From assembly GCA_963768835.1 (NCBI GenBank), contig CAVYJB010000002.1:8230-72229 (forward strand): DNA of 64,000 nt, in the 5' to 3' direction. Source of the DNA: an uncultured bacterium. GTDB taxonomy: Bacteria; Patescibacteriota; Minisyncoccia; UBA6257; GWB1-50-10. The notes under the pieces were generated by a model. It was not told where the DNA came from and made no database searches. It saw only the letters and a program-made list of their open reading frames with translations. Positions within the stretch are counted from its first letter, which is position 1. Each line of letters starts with the position of its first letter. Below, piece after piece: positions 8,825-18,187 of this stretch. A program made the translations under genes and the position numbers.

Positions 8825-11800
8825 CTATATCACGAAGTTCACGAGGCGGTCGGGGACCACGATGACTTTTTTCGCTGTGCCGGTCAGGAATTTCGCCACA
8901 TTCGGGTTCTCGCGCGCGAGGCGCTCCACCTCCGCTTCCCCCGTGCCGGCGGACACCTCAATGGTACCACGAAGCTTGCCGTTCACCTGCACGGCGATCT
9001 TCACCGTGGATTCGACGAGGAACTTCGGATTGTATGAGGGCCACCCGCTCTGGTGGATCGAGCCTTTGTTGCCGCGCGCGTGCCAGAGCTCCTCGGTGAT
9101 GTGGGGTGCGAAAGGCGCGAGAAGTTTCAGGAACGTCTCCCGGTGCTCCTTTGAAGCGCCGCCCGCGGCCTCGAACACATTCAAACATATCATCAGGGCC
9201 GAGATGGCGGTGTTGTAGTTCAGAGCCTCGATGTCGTCGGTGACTTTCTTGATCGCCTTGTGCACCGCCGCTTCGATTCCCGGGCTCTTCGCCGCCTCCT
9301 TTTCCTGGTCGCCGAACCATTTCCATACCCGCTCCAGGAACCGCGTGATGCCGAGGACCGCCTCGTCGCGGAAATCGCCGCCCTGCTCGAAGGGCGCGAG
9401 GAACATGAGATACATCCGGAGCGCGTCCGCGCCGAACTTCCGGATGTACTCGTCGGGGTTCACCACGTTCCCTTTTGACTTCGACATCTTGGCGCCCTCG
9501 CTGATCAGAAGGCCGTGCGCGCGGAACTTCGGGAAGGGTTCCCCGACCGGCGCGCGGGATGTCCCGAACTCCAGCAGGTTCATATCGTGGAGCGCGAGCG
9601 CGACGAACCGGACGTAGAGAAGGTGGAGCACGGCGTGCTCCGCGCCGCCGGTATAGAGGTTCACCGGGAACCATTTCTTCACAAGGCCCGGATCCCACGG
9701 CTCTTTTCCGGCGGTTTTCGCGGTCGTCGAGGGATAACGCAGGTAGTACCACGCGGAGTCGAGAAAGGTGTCCGAGACATCGGTCTCGCGCCGCGCCTTC
9801 CCTCCGCAGGACGGGCACTTCGCTTCGTAGAAATCCTTGACCGACGCGAGGGGCGATTCCCCTTTCCCCTGCGGGCGGAACTCCTTCACGTGCGGGAGCA
9901 CCACCGGGAGATCTTTCTCCGGCACCGCATACCATCCGGGCATCCCGCTCTGCTCCCCTTTTCCCGCCGCGGCGCACGCCTCGCAGTGGATCATTGGGAT
10001 CGGCGCGCCCCAGTAGCGCTGGCGCGAGATAAGCCAGTCCCGGAGCCGGTATTGGGTTTTGAGTTCCCCGCCCGCGAACTTCGTGATGGCCGGAATCGCT
10101 TCGGTTACGTCCATACCGTCAAACTTCCCGGAATTTACAAGAAAGCTATTGCTTCCATCCCCAGGGAAAACTTTCCCTTCGTAAAATTCGCCAACCGAAG
10201 TCTTCCCTAAATCAGCTGTATCGATAGGGGGATAAACAATTTTGATAGGAAGTTTGAATTTCTTCGCGAACTCGAAGTCGCGCTCGTCGTGTGCCGGCAC
10301 CGCCATGATGGCGCCCGTGCCATACCCCGAGAGAACGTAGTCCGCGACGAAAATCGGGATCTCTGCCTTGTTCATAGGATTGATCGCCTTCACGCCTTTC
10401 AGTTCCACGCCGGTTTTCTCTTTCTCTTCCTGTATCCGCTCCGCTTCAGACTTCCCCGCCGCCTTCTTGACGTACCCTTCCACCTCCTTCCAGTTTCCGA
10501 TCCTCGACTTCAGGCAATTCACCAGTTCGTGCTCCGGAGAAAGCACCATGTAGGTCGCGCCAAAAAGCGTGTCCGGGCGCGTCGTGAACACGCGAATCGA
10601 ATCGATGCAGTGACGCAGAATTTCCGGCTCCTGTTCCCCGCACGCATGCGGTTTGTTCGCGGCAAAATCAAAGAGCGTCCCGCCGATGAGTTTCTGGAGG
10701 TTCGCGGTATTGTCCTGCGGGACCGTATCGTCGGTCATGTCCCGCAACACGTGGATTTCTCCCGCGTTTTTCCCGATCCTTGCCGCGTCGAACTTCCAAT
10801 CGAACGCGTAGGAAGGAAAATCCTCATCGAGGAAGCGGTTTTCCGAGTAGCATCCCACAAGCACGGTTCTCCGGACCGGAACGGGAAGTTTCTCGAGCAC
10901 CTTGAGCGCCACAACGCCCCCCAGACTGTGCCCGACCAGAACGGTGTCCTTATCAAAAGGCGTGTGCTTCAGAACCTCGGTGACCTGGTCCGCAACTTTC
11001 GGGTCATCGGTCTCCGGAAGGAGGGGAGCGTACACTTTTGCGCCGCGCTTTTCGAGTTCCTGTTTCAACCACGGGAAGAAATTCTTGGCCGGAGAGCCGT
11101 TATAGCCGTGGAGCAGCACGTAGGACGGCGCCACGCTCCCCGCGATCTCGAAATCGATGAGCGCGCCCTCGCTCTTCCCGATCCAGTTCCGCTGGGCGAT
11201 CTTCACCCGCTCGGACCAGTCGATCTTCTCCAGGTTTTCGAGGAGCCTCGGCGCGTACTTCGTGATACGGAAAAACCACTGCTCGAGGTCGCGCTTCTCG
11301 ACCACCGAGGAGCACCGCTCGCACTTCCCCGCGATGACCTGCTCGTCTGCGAGCACGGTCATATCCTTCGGGCACCAGTTCACCGACTGCTTCTTGCGGT
11401 ACGCGAGGCCCGCCTTCCAGAGCTGTACGAAGACCCACTGCGTCCATCGGTAGTAGGCGGGATCGTAGGTTTCGAGCTTCTCCTTCCACGCGTAGCCGTT
11501 CCCGATCATCTCGAGCTGCCGGTAGAAGTTCTCCTGCGAGACCTTCGCCTGGTCCATCGGGTGCGTGCCGATCTTCAAGGCATAGTTCTCCGAGTGGATG
11601 CCGAAGCCGTCGAGGCCGATGGGCTCGAACACGTCGTACCCCTCCATGCGCTTCTTGCGGCCGTAGATGTCCGCGCCCGTGAAGGCATACATGTTCCCGA
11701 CGTGGAGCCCCTCCGCGGAGGGGTACGGGAACATCATCAGGTTGTAGAACGGTTTCTTCGCGCCGCTCAAATCCGGCTCGTAGGTTCCGTCCTCGAGCCA

Positions 11801-11857
11801 TTGCTTCTGCCACTTCCTCTCGATGGCGCCGAAATCGTACTTCTCCATGTATCTCAA
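8825..11857 (-). CDS. leuS: leucyl-tRNA synthetase carrying an inserted alpha/beta serine-hydrolase-like domain
   Basis: HIGH-region (PYPSAEGLHVGN), Zn-1 CxxC..CxxC, editing-domain motifs (VFTTRPDT, MAVPAHDERDFEFA), KMSKS; about 175-aa insert with HGYNGSP and GHSLGG motifs at aa 243-415. Confidence 0.9.
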   Translation of the reverse strand: MRYMEKYDFGAIERKWQKQWLEDGTYEPDLSGAKKPFYNLMMFPYPSAEGLHVGNMYAFTGADIYGRKKRMEGYDVFEPIGLDGFGIHSENYALKIGTHPMDQAKVSQENFYRQLEMIGNGYAWKEKLETYDPAYYRWTQWVFVQLWKAGLAYRKKQSVNWCPKDMTVLADEQVIAGKCERCSSVVEKRDLEQWFFRITKYAPRLLENLEKIDWSERVKIAQRNWIGKSEGALIDFEIAGSVAPSYVLLHGYNGSPAKNFFPWLKQELEKRGAKVYAPLLPETDDPKVADQVTEVLKHTPFDKDTVLVGHSLGGVVALKVLEKLPVPVRRTVLVGCYSENRFLDEDFPSYAFDWKFDAARIGKNAGEIHVLRDMTDDTVPQDNTANLQKLIGGTLFDFAANKPHACGEQEPEILRHCIDSIRVFTTRPDTLFGATYMVLSPEHELVNCLKSRIGNWKEVEGYVKKAAGKSEAERIQEEKEKTGVELKGVKAINPMNKAEIPIFVADYVLSGYGTGAIMAVPAHDERDFEFAKKFKLPIKIVYPPIDTADLGKTSVGEFYEGKVFPGDGSNSFLVNSGKFDGMDVTEAIPAITKFAGGELKTQYRLRDWLISRQRYWGAPIPMIHCEACAAAGKGEQSGMPGWYAVPEKDLPVVLPHVKEFRPQGKGESPLASVKDFYEAKCPSCGGKARRETDVSDTFLDSAWYYLRYPSTTAKTAGKEPWDPGLVKKWFPVNLYTGGAEHAVLHLLYVRFVALALHDMNLLEFGTSRAPVGEPFPKFRAHGLLISEGAKMSKSKGNVVNPDEYIRKFGADALRMYLMFLAPFEQGGDFRDEAVLGITRFLERVWKWFGDQEKEAAKSPGIEAAVHKAIKKVTDDIEALNYNTAISALMICLNVFEAAGGASKEHRETFLKLLAPFAPHITEELWHARGNKGSIHQSGWPSYNPKFLVESTVKIAVQVNGKLRGTIEVSAGTGEAEVERLARENPNVAKFLTGTAKKVIVVPDRLVNFVI

Positions 11858-11932
11858 TTCTTGCGCAGTAGCGCCGGTTTTTCAACTAAAAACGCCGCCC
11901 TCGCGGCGGCGGTTCCCGCGCGTCCCGCATCT

Positions 11933-12784
11933 TCAAGAGGTCGGAATCCCGAACACGCGCTCCACGTTCCGGAGAACCTGCCCCACAAATTCGTCCTCGG
12001 GGACCCCCCGGATCTCCGCGAGCTTCTGCGCCACCTCCACCACGTAGGCGGGCTCGTTCCGCGCGCCGCGGTGCGGCACGGGCGACACGTAGGGGGCGTC
12101 GGTCTCGGTCAGAATATGATCGGCGGGGATGGCTTTGATGGCCTCGTCGTAGCTCCGCGCGAAGGTCACCACGCCGCCGAAGGTGAAGGAGAAGCCGAGC
12201 CCGAGGAGAAGCTCCGCCTCCGCGGGGGCGCCGGTGAAGTAGTGGATGATGCCGGCGTTCGCGGGGTTGAGGAGCGCCTTGTGCTCCGTGAGGATCTGGA
12301 TGAGGTCCGAGTAGGCGTTCCGGCAGTGGATGACGAGCGGCTTCCCGACTTCGTGCGCGAGCACCAGGTGCTTCTGGAAGGTTTCCCGCTGCGTCTCCTG
12401 CGCCCCCGGCTCCATGGATTTCATGCTGAAGTAGTCGAGGCCGCACTCGCCGATGCCGACCACGCGGGGGTCCGCCGCGAGCTTCGCGTAGAACGCGGGG
12501 TCGAACTTCTCTCCGGGGTCCGAGAGGTCTTCGAAGACGCCGATGGCGAGGTCCTCGGGATCGTGCGTGACGTCGATGCTGTGCACGGGGTGGAGCCCCA
12601 CCGTCGCCCAGACGTCCAGATACCGGTGGGCGAACTCCACGGCAAGCGCGGAGGATTTCTGCTCGGTGCCCGCCGTGATCATCCCCACGCCGCGGACCCG
12701 GGCGCGCTCGATCACCTTCTCCACGTCCTCCTTATAGGCAGCGAAGTGGATGTGGGTGTGCGCGTCGAAGTACCGGTAGGCCAT
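11933..12784 (-). CDS. tatD: TatD-family metal-dependent hydrolase/DNase
   Basis: N-terminal FDAHTHIH motif plus later His/Asp/Glu residues typical of TatD; start may be 12808 (ORF track) or 12784 (MAYRYFDAHTH, preferred). Confidence 0.8.
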   Translation of the reverse strand: MAYRYFDAHTHIHFAAYKEDVEKVIERARVRGVGMITAGTEQKSSALAVEFAHRYLDVWATVGLHPVHSIDVTHDPEDLAIGVFEDLSDPGEKFDPAFYAKLAADPRVVGIGECGLDYFSMKSMEPGAQETQRETFQKHLVLAHEVGKPLVIHCRNAYSDLIQILTEHKALLNPANAGIIHYFTGAPAEAELLLGLGFSFTFGGVVTFARSYDEAIKAIPADHILTETDAPYVSPVPHRGARNEPAYVVEVAQKLAEIRGVPEDEFVGQVLRNVERVFGIPTS

Positions 12785-12912
12785 ACGGGGTGATTTCTTC
12801 ATCTCCATTCTACCATACGCGGCACGCAGGGGAACGCCTTGCCAGCGACACCCGGTTGGGTCTAGTATGGCCGCAGCCCACTCCCATACCCCATACCACG
12901 AACGGAGGATGT

Positions 12913-13557
12913 ATGCGTTGGAAAGTGGCTTGTTTCGACTGGAACGGCACCGCGCTCGATGACCGGAACCTCGCCTACGAGTTCGTCGCCCATATTTTCA
13001 GATCTTACCGCCGCACGGTCCCCAGCCCCGCAACGTACTACCGGGAAGTCTCAGAGGCGGGCTACATGGAGTTCTACCACAAGTACGGTATCCCGCTCGG
13101 AGAAGGCTCGAAGAGCAGGCTGAACCAGACGCGGCGCGAGTATTTCGCGGCGCATCCGGACCTCGCTCACCTCGCCCCGTACCTGCGTGTGACGCTCGCC
13201 GCGTGCCGGAGTCGGGGCCTCAAAACCGCGCTCGTGAGCGCCGAATCGCGCCCGATCCTCATGGATCGGATGGTGCAGTTCTCCCTCGCCGAACTCTTCG
13301 ACCAGATCCGCGGCGACGTCCAAGACAAGGCCGAGACGCTTCTCGAGGTCGCGCGGCGGTTCGACGCCGAACCTCAGGAGACATTCTACGTCGACGACTC
13401 CTTCGAGGGGCTCCTGGCGGCTAAAAGCGCGGGCGTGGTTCCCGTCGGCTACACCGGCGGCTACGGATCTCCGAAACAGATCGCCGAGGCGCAGCCCGAC
13501 AAAAAGCTCGTGATCGGGGATTTTCTCGATGTTATCCGTATCCTCGATGACGCTTAG
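12913..13557 (+). CDS. HAD-superfamily hydrolase-like protein
   Basis: Motif I FDWNGT (DxN variant of DxDG), Rossmannoid HAD layout; SD GGAGG before ATG 12913. Confidence 0.6.
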   Translation: MRWKVACFDWNGTALDDRNLAYEFVAHIFRSYRRTVPSPATYYREVSEAGYMEFYHKYGIPLGEGSKSRLNQTRREYFAAHPDLAHLAPYLRVTLAACRSRGLKTALVSAESRPILMDRMVQFSLAELFDQIRGDVQDKAETLLEVARRFDAEPQETFYVDDSFEGLLAAKSAGVVPVGYTGGYGSPKQIAEAQPDKKLVIGDFLDVIRILDDA

Positions 13558-13582
13558 GCGGCAACCATATCCACAACAACAA

Positions 13583-13611
13583 ACCACCGGTCTCTGGCCG
13601 GTGGTTCTTTA
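13583..13611 (+). terminator. intrinsic terminator after HAD gene
   Basis: accaccgg-tctctgg-ccggtggt then TTCTTT. Confidence 0.6.
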
Positions 13612-13863
13612 TATAGAGCGGGTCGCCTTCGGCCTAGCCTACGGTCTCCTCGTTCTTGTTTGCTCCGGTCTGGCTGTGGGTTTTCTTGCCGCGATGGGTG
13701 CTCACTCGAACTTTCGCCTGAACTTCTGTATGGGCGTAGGCCTGATGATCGGTTTGGATCTTTGCATCCGATTCTTCGGCGCCAAGGTGGTTGCTGTAAG
13801 CCAATCACTTGTGGGGTCCTGAAGGTCGGAAGAGCTGGAAGGGATTGTGGTAGAGCTGCCGCA

Positions 13864-13892
13864 TAATATCGGCAGCTTTTTTTATGCGAATA
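13864..13892 (+). terminator. intrinsic terminator at host / low-GC island boundary
   Basis: gctgccg-cataatat-cggcagc followed by TTTTTTT. Confidence 0.7.
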
Positions 13893-14313
13893 CTACGACC
13901 ATCGTCACTTCTTTCGCTATCTCACCCCTCTCCACCAAAGCGGATTTTCCAGACGAAAAATCCCGATTCATCCCGCAAATAACTGCCAATTTGACAGTCC
14001 CAAATCCTTTTTTCCACTCAAACGGTTTTCCTTCCAGGAAGACCAGTTTCTGAAACTTGGGCTGTAAGTGTGGCACAAGACCGAACCATTGTCGGCCTAG
14101 GTTGCCGATGGACTTGGTCGCATAAATGATTGATCCTTCAGTATCGGGGTTCTTGATTGTCCCTACGGATTGAATTTTAGTGAATTGGACTCAGTTTAGG
14201 CCTCCCATTCGCCAATCTTGCCATTTCTTATCCTTGGTAACATCTTGACTTATTAGGATACTTTCGTATATAATTGTATATAGTTAATTATATAGTCAAG
14301 GTTAATCAAAAAT

Positions 14314-15372
14314 ATGAGCGAAAATAACTACAATAACCGAATAAAACTAAGCGCTGAGATTCTCGGAAAGGTAGCCAAAATCGATGAATTTAAGGGTCTT
14401 TGGCATGGTAGCTTAAGGCTAAGCCCGCAGATTTTGGGTCGCCTTAAGTCATCCGTAATTATCACCTCTACGGGTGCTTCTACCCGTATTGAGGGATCAA
14501 GAATGAGCGACGAAGACGTGGCTCGTCTTTTGCGTGGTTTGAAGTCAAATCCTCCCAAAAATCGTGATGAGCAAGAAGTTGCCGGATATGCCGATCTGCT
14601 CGGAAGAATTTTTGATCACCACAAGACACTAAAATTGACCGAGAATAATATTCTACAATTCCACAGCATTCTTTTGCAGTTCTCGGAGAAAGACCAGTCG
14701 CACAAAGGCAAATATAAAAATTCAGACAACGCGGTTGTGATGCGAGATGAAAAAGGTATAGAGCATATTTTGTTTAATCCGACCAAGCCATACTTGGTTA
14801 AGCCAGAAATGGAATCAATTATCGCTTGGGCAAATGATCGATTCGAGAAAAAAGAGCTCCACCCGATTCTTATCATCGCCAATTTTGTTTTTGAATTTTT
14901 GGCTATCCACCCGTTTCAAGATGGAAACGGTCGTCTTAGTCGTGCCTTGACGACTCTTCTTTTATTAAGAAACGATTACTCTTATACTCCGTACGTTTCT
15001 CTTGATGAAATTATTGAGGATAAAAAGGATAACTATTATTTAGCCTTAAGGGCGACACAAAATAATCACAAGACTGATCACGAGGATATTACGCCGTGGT
15101 TGAACTATCTACTCGATGCTCTAACTACTCAAGTCGTAAAAGCCAAAGAGGTAATGAATGCCGAACAACCGGAAAAACTTTTGTCCGAAAGACAAGGGCA
15201 GATTTTTGCCGTGCTCCAAGGTGGTGAAATGCTTGGTGTTGCCGAAATTGATAAACGACTCAATGGTTCTGTACCTCAAGTTACAATAAAACAATCTCTC
15301 GCCAGATTGGTAGCTTTGCGTTTAGTTGAACGTGTCGGCCAAGGACGAGGTGTTAGATATAAGAAAATATAA
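14314..15372 (+). CDS. fic: Fic-family protein (class II, N-terminal inhibitory motif), putative AMPylase with C-terminal winged HTH
   Basis: Fic motif HPFQDGNGRLSRA; N-terminal inhibitory (S/T)xxxE(G/N) motif STRIEGS; low GC (about 42%) versus about 65% host. Confidence 0.85.
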   Translation: MSENNYNNRIKLSAEILGKVAKIDEFKGLWHGSLRLSPQILGRLKSSVIITSTGASTRIEGSRMSDEDVARLLRGLKSNPPKNRDEQEVAGYADLLGRIFDHHKTLKLTENNILQFHSILLQFSEKDQSHKGKYKNSDNAVVMRDEKGIEHILFNPTKPYLVKPEMESIIAWANDRFEKKELHPILIIANFVFEFLAIHPFQDGNGRLSRALTTLLLLRNDYSYTPYVSLDEIIEDKKDNYYLALRATQNNHKTDHEDITPWLNYLLDALTTQVVKAKEVMNAEQPEKLLSERQGQIFAVLQGGEMLGVAEIDKRLNGSVPQVTIKQSLARLVALRLVERVGQGRGVRYKKI

Positions 15373-15391
15373 AACTAGTTGCTTACAAAGC

Positions 15392-15420
15392 CCACCGTTC
15401 CAAGCGCGTCCCACAAGGGG
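15392..15420 (+). repeat. 29-bp direct repeat copy 1 (CCACCGTTCCAAGCGCGTCCCACAAGGGG)
   Basis: 28/29 identical to 16678-16706; GC-rich host-like sequence inside AT-rich island. Confidence 0.8.
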
Positions 15421-15505
15421 AGCCCTCAAAATAATCTAGAGATACTCTGGGTTATTTTTTTAACCCCGGTTGGACGTCAGAACTAATGACCTGTAAGATT
15501 CAAAT

Positions 15506-16066
15506 ATGAAAACGAGGTTTGTCCTGCACGGCGGATTCACACCGCATATAAAACAACAGGACGACGCATTTTTCAGGGAGGTACTGAGGAGTGCTCCTGA
15601 AGAAGCAAAGGTGCTACTCGTCTACTTTGCGAAAGAAGCTGACCGGATCAACGTCAACAAAGAAGAGGATATTAAGGAGTTTAATAAAAACAAAGACAAG
15701 AAGACACTCTTATTTGAAGTGGCTACCGAGGAGCTTTTCCTTTCGCAAGTTGCTTGGGCCGACGTTGTCTATCTGCACGGTGGCGCCACGGTGAAAATAT
15801 TGGAAGTTTTAAAGAAGTTTCCTAACTTGGGAAAATCGTTTGGTGGAAAAGTGATTGCCGGAGATTCTGCAGGCGCAAACGTGCTAGCGAAGGCCTTCTA
15901 CAGCCAGCGAGCGAATGGCGTGTTCGACGGGCTCGGCATCCTCCCAATCAGGGTTATCTGCCACTATTCGGAGGAACACAAAAACGTATTTCCAAATGAT
16001 GACTCTAGTGTTGAAACTCTGCTTCTGAGAGAATACGAGTACAAGACATTCGAGTGTGAGCTATAA
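15506..16066 (+). CDS. peptidase S51 (dipeptidase E / cyanophycinase-like) family protein
   Basis: GDSAGANVL nucleophile motif and LHGG motif typical of S51 family; low GC. Confidence 0.5.
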   Translation: MKTRFVLHGGFTPHIKQQDDAFFREVLRSAPEEAKVLLVYFAKEADRINVNKEEDIKEFNKNKDKKTLLFEVATEELFLSQVAWADVVYLHGGATVKILEVLKKFPNLGKSFGGKVIAGDSAGANVLAKAFYSQRANGVFDGLGILPIRVICHYSEEHKNVFPNDDSSVETLLLREYEYKTFECEL

Positions 16067-16072
16067 CGTATA

Positions 16073-16648
16073 ATGACCACAAAAGACGGGAAGGTGCTGA
16101 GCGTCGTCGATGAGGACGATAACGTGATTGGCGAGGCGACCCGCAAGGAGATTCACCAGAAGGGTTTGCTGCATCGCGAGATTCACGTCTGGTTTATAAC
16201 CCCGAATGGGGAGATTATTTTCCAGCACCGAGCAAAAGATAAGGACACGTACCCAGATTTACTTGATGCCACCGTCGGTGGACACGTTGAGATTGGGGAT
16301 GGCTACGAGAAGACCGCCCTCAAGGAGATTGAGGAAGAAACCGGGATTCGCGCCGATAGCAAAAACCTCCATTTTCTTAAAAAGCTGAGGACACGCTCCG
16401 AGGATAATATGACGAAGACGATAAATAACACCGTCCGCGCCCAGTACGCATATATATTCAGGGGGATGATAAGCGATTTGAGGGTGGAGGAGGGTAAAGC
16501 GCTCGGGTTCGAGGCGTGGCCAATCGATGAACTGTCGAATCTAAGTGAGGAGGACCGGAGGAGGTTCATACCTCTAATTCTCGCTCCTGGCACGCTTCAG
16601 CTATTTCAAGAAGCCAAAAATTCATTAGTTAATAACCATAGGAATTAG
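16073..16648 (+). CDS. Nudix hydrolase
   Basis: Nudix box GGHVEIGDGYEKTALKEIEEETGI. Confidence 0.8.
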   Translation: MTTKDGKVLSVVDEDDNVIGEATRKEIHQKGLLHREIHVWFITPNGEIIFQHRAKDKDTYPDLLDATVGGHVEIGDGYEKTALKEIEEETGIRADSKNLHFLKKLRTRSEDNMTKTINNTVRAQYAYIFRGMISDLRVEEGKALGFEAWPIDELSNLSEEDRRRFIPLILAPGTLQLFQEAKNSLVNNHRN

Positions 16649-16677
16649 CGAGAGATCTTCCTTGATTCGATACCAAT

Positions 16678-16706
16678 CCACCGTTCCAAGCGCGTCCCGC
16701 AAGGGG
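16678..16706 (+). repeat. 29-bp direct repeat copy 2 (CCACCGTTCCAAGCGCGTCCCGCAAGGGG)
   Basis: matches 15392-15420; abuts metG stop codon. Confidence 0.8.
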
Positions 16707-16710
16707 GGTG

Positions 16711-18177
16711 TTAGGGGAGGCGCGGGAAGAGGATCGGAGCCTTTGAAACGGCGAGTGTCCCGTCCCACCGGATGCAATCCGTGATGCGCGCCGCGGTGTC
16801 GGGGAGGAAGGGCGCGAGGAGCGCCGCCGCGTTGTCGAGAAGCGTTACGAGGGAAAAGAGAACGGCGGTCTTCTCCTCACCTTTTAGCTCCCAGGGCTTC
16901 TTCTCGTTCACATAGACATCGCCCACCGAGACGAGCGCCGCGAGGGCCGCGAGCGCCTCGTGGAACTTCCACTCCCCGAGGTAGCGCGCCACCTCGGCCT
17001 TCGCGTGCCCGATCTTCGCGAGGAGCGCGGGGTCCGGCGCGAGGTCCTTCGGGAACGGGCCCGCGGCGGCCGCGAGCGTCGTCACCCGCGCCGTGAAATT
17101 CCCGATGCCGTTCGCAAGATCGCCGTTGTAGAGCTCGCGGAACTTCGCCTCGGAGAAATCCCCGTCCTCGGCGGCCGGGATCCCGCGCAGGAGGTAGTAC
17201 CGCACGGCGTCCGCCCCGTACTTCTCGACGAGGGCGAACGGGTCCGCGACGTTCCCGAGGGATTTCGACATCTTCTGCCCCCCGCTCGTAACGAATCCGT
17301 GGATGAAAATCTGGCGGGAGGTCGGCAGCCCCGCGGAGAGGAGCATCGCCTGCCACATCGCGGACTGCTGGCGGAGGTTGTCCTTGCCGGCCACCTGGAC
17401 CGCCTGCGGCGCCTCGACGGTGCCCCAGAACTCCTCGAACTGCTTCGCGTCCTCCGGCCACCCGAGCGTTGAGACGTAGTTCACGAGCGCGTCGAACCAG
17501 ACGTACATCACGTGGTCCTCGTCCCCCGGCACGGGAATCCCCCACGACATCTTCTCCTTGAGCCGCGAGATGCTGAAGTCGGAGAGCCCTTTCGCGACGA
17601 AGTTCCGTATCTCGGTTAGCCGGTGCGCGGGAAGGACGAAATCGGGATACTTCGCATAGAGATCGAGGAGGCGCTTCTGGTACCTGGAAAATTTAAAGAA
17701 GTAGTTCTCCTCCTCCCGTTCCTCGATGCGGAGGGAGGGGTGGAGCGGGCACTTGCCGTCCACGAGCTCGGAGTCGGTCTTTTCGAGCTCGCACCCCGTG
17801 CAGTACTTGGTGCGGTAGAGCTTCTTCTCGATGTCGCCCGCCGCGGCGCACCGCTTCCAGAACTCCTGGGCCGCCGTGATGTGGTGCGGGTCGGTCGTCC
17901 GGATGAAGGCGTGCGCGTCGATCGTGAGCGCCTGCATGAGCCGCGCGAAATGCGCGGCGTTCTCGTCCGCGAACGCCTGGGGGGTCTTCCCCGCCGCGAG
18001 GGCGTTCTGGTAAATCTTCACCCCGTGCTCGTCCGTGCCGGTGTTGAAGAACACCTCCGCGCCCGCGGCCCGGCGGCTGCGCGCGACCACGTCCGCTTGC
18101 ACGATCTCGAGCGCGAAACCGATGTGCGGAGCCGCGTTGACGTACGGCAGCGTCGTCGTGATGTAGAACCTCTTCAT
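16711..18177 (-). CDS. metG: methionyl-tRNA synthetase
   Basis: Class I aaRS HIGH-type motif (PYVNAAPHIGFAL), KMSKS (KMSKSLGN); likely start MKRFYITTTLPYVN (ORF-track start 18237 over-extended). Confidence 0.9.
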   Translation of the reverse strand: MKRFYITTTLPYVNAAPHIGFALEIVQADVVARSRRAAGAEVFFNTGTDEHGVKIYQNALAAGKTPQAFADENAAHFARLMQALTIDAHAFIRTTDPHHITAAQEFWKRCAAAGDIEKKLYRTKYCTGCELEKTDSELVDGKCPLHPSLRIEEREEENYFFKFSRYQKRLLDLYAKYPDFVLPAHRLTEIRNFVAKGLSDFSISRLKEKMSWGIPVPGDEDHVMYVWFDALVNYVSTLGWPEDAKQFEEFWGTVEAPQAVQVAGKDNLRQQSAMWQAMLLSAGLPTSRQIFIHGFVTSGGQKMSKSLGNVADPFALVEKYGADAVRYYLLRGIPAAEDGDFSEAKFRELYNGDLANGIGNFTARVTTLAAAAGPFPKDLAPDPALLAKIGHAKAEVARYLGEWKFHEALAALAALVSVGDVYVNEKKPWELKGEEKTAVLFSLVTLLDNAAALLAPFLPDTAARITDCIRWDGTLAVSKAPILFPRLP

Positions 18178-18187
18178 CGGAAGGGCG

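Noticed and set aside
13529-13822. 97-aa hydrophobic ORF after the HAD gene
   Set aside because: It overlaps the HAD gene 3' end and runs through its intrinsic terminator hairpin. It has no SD. It is likely spurious.
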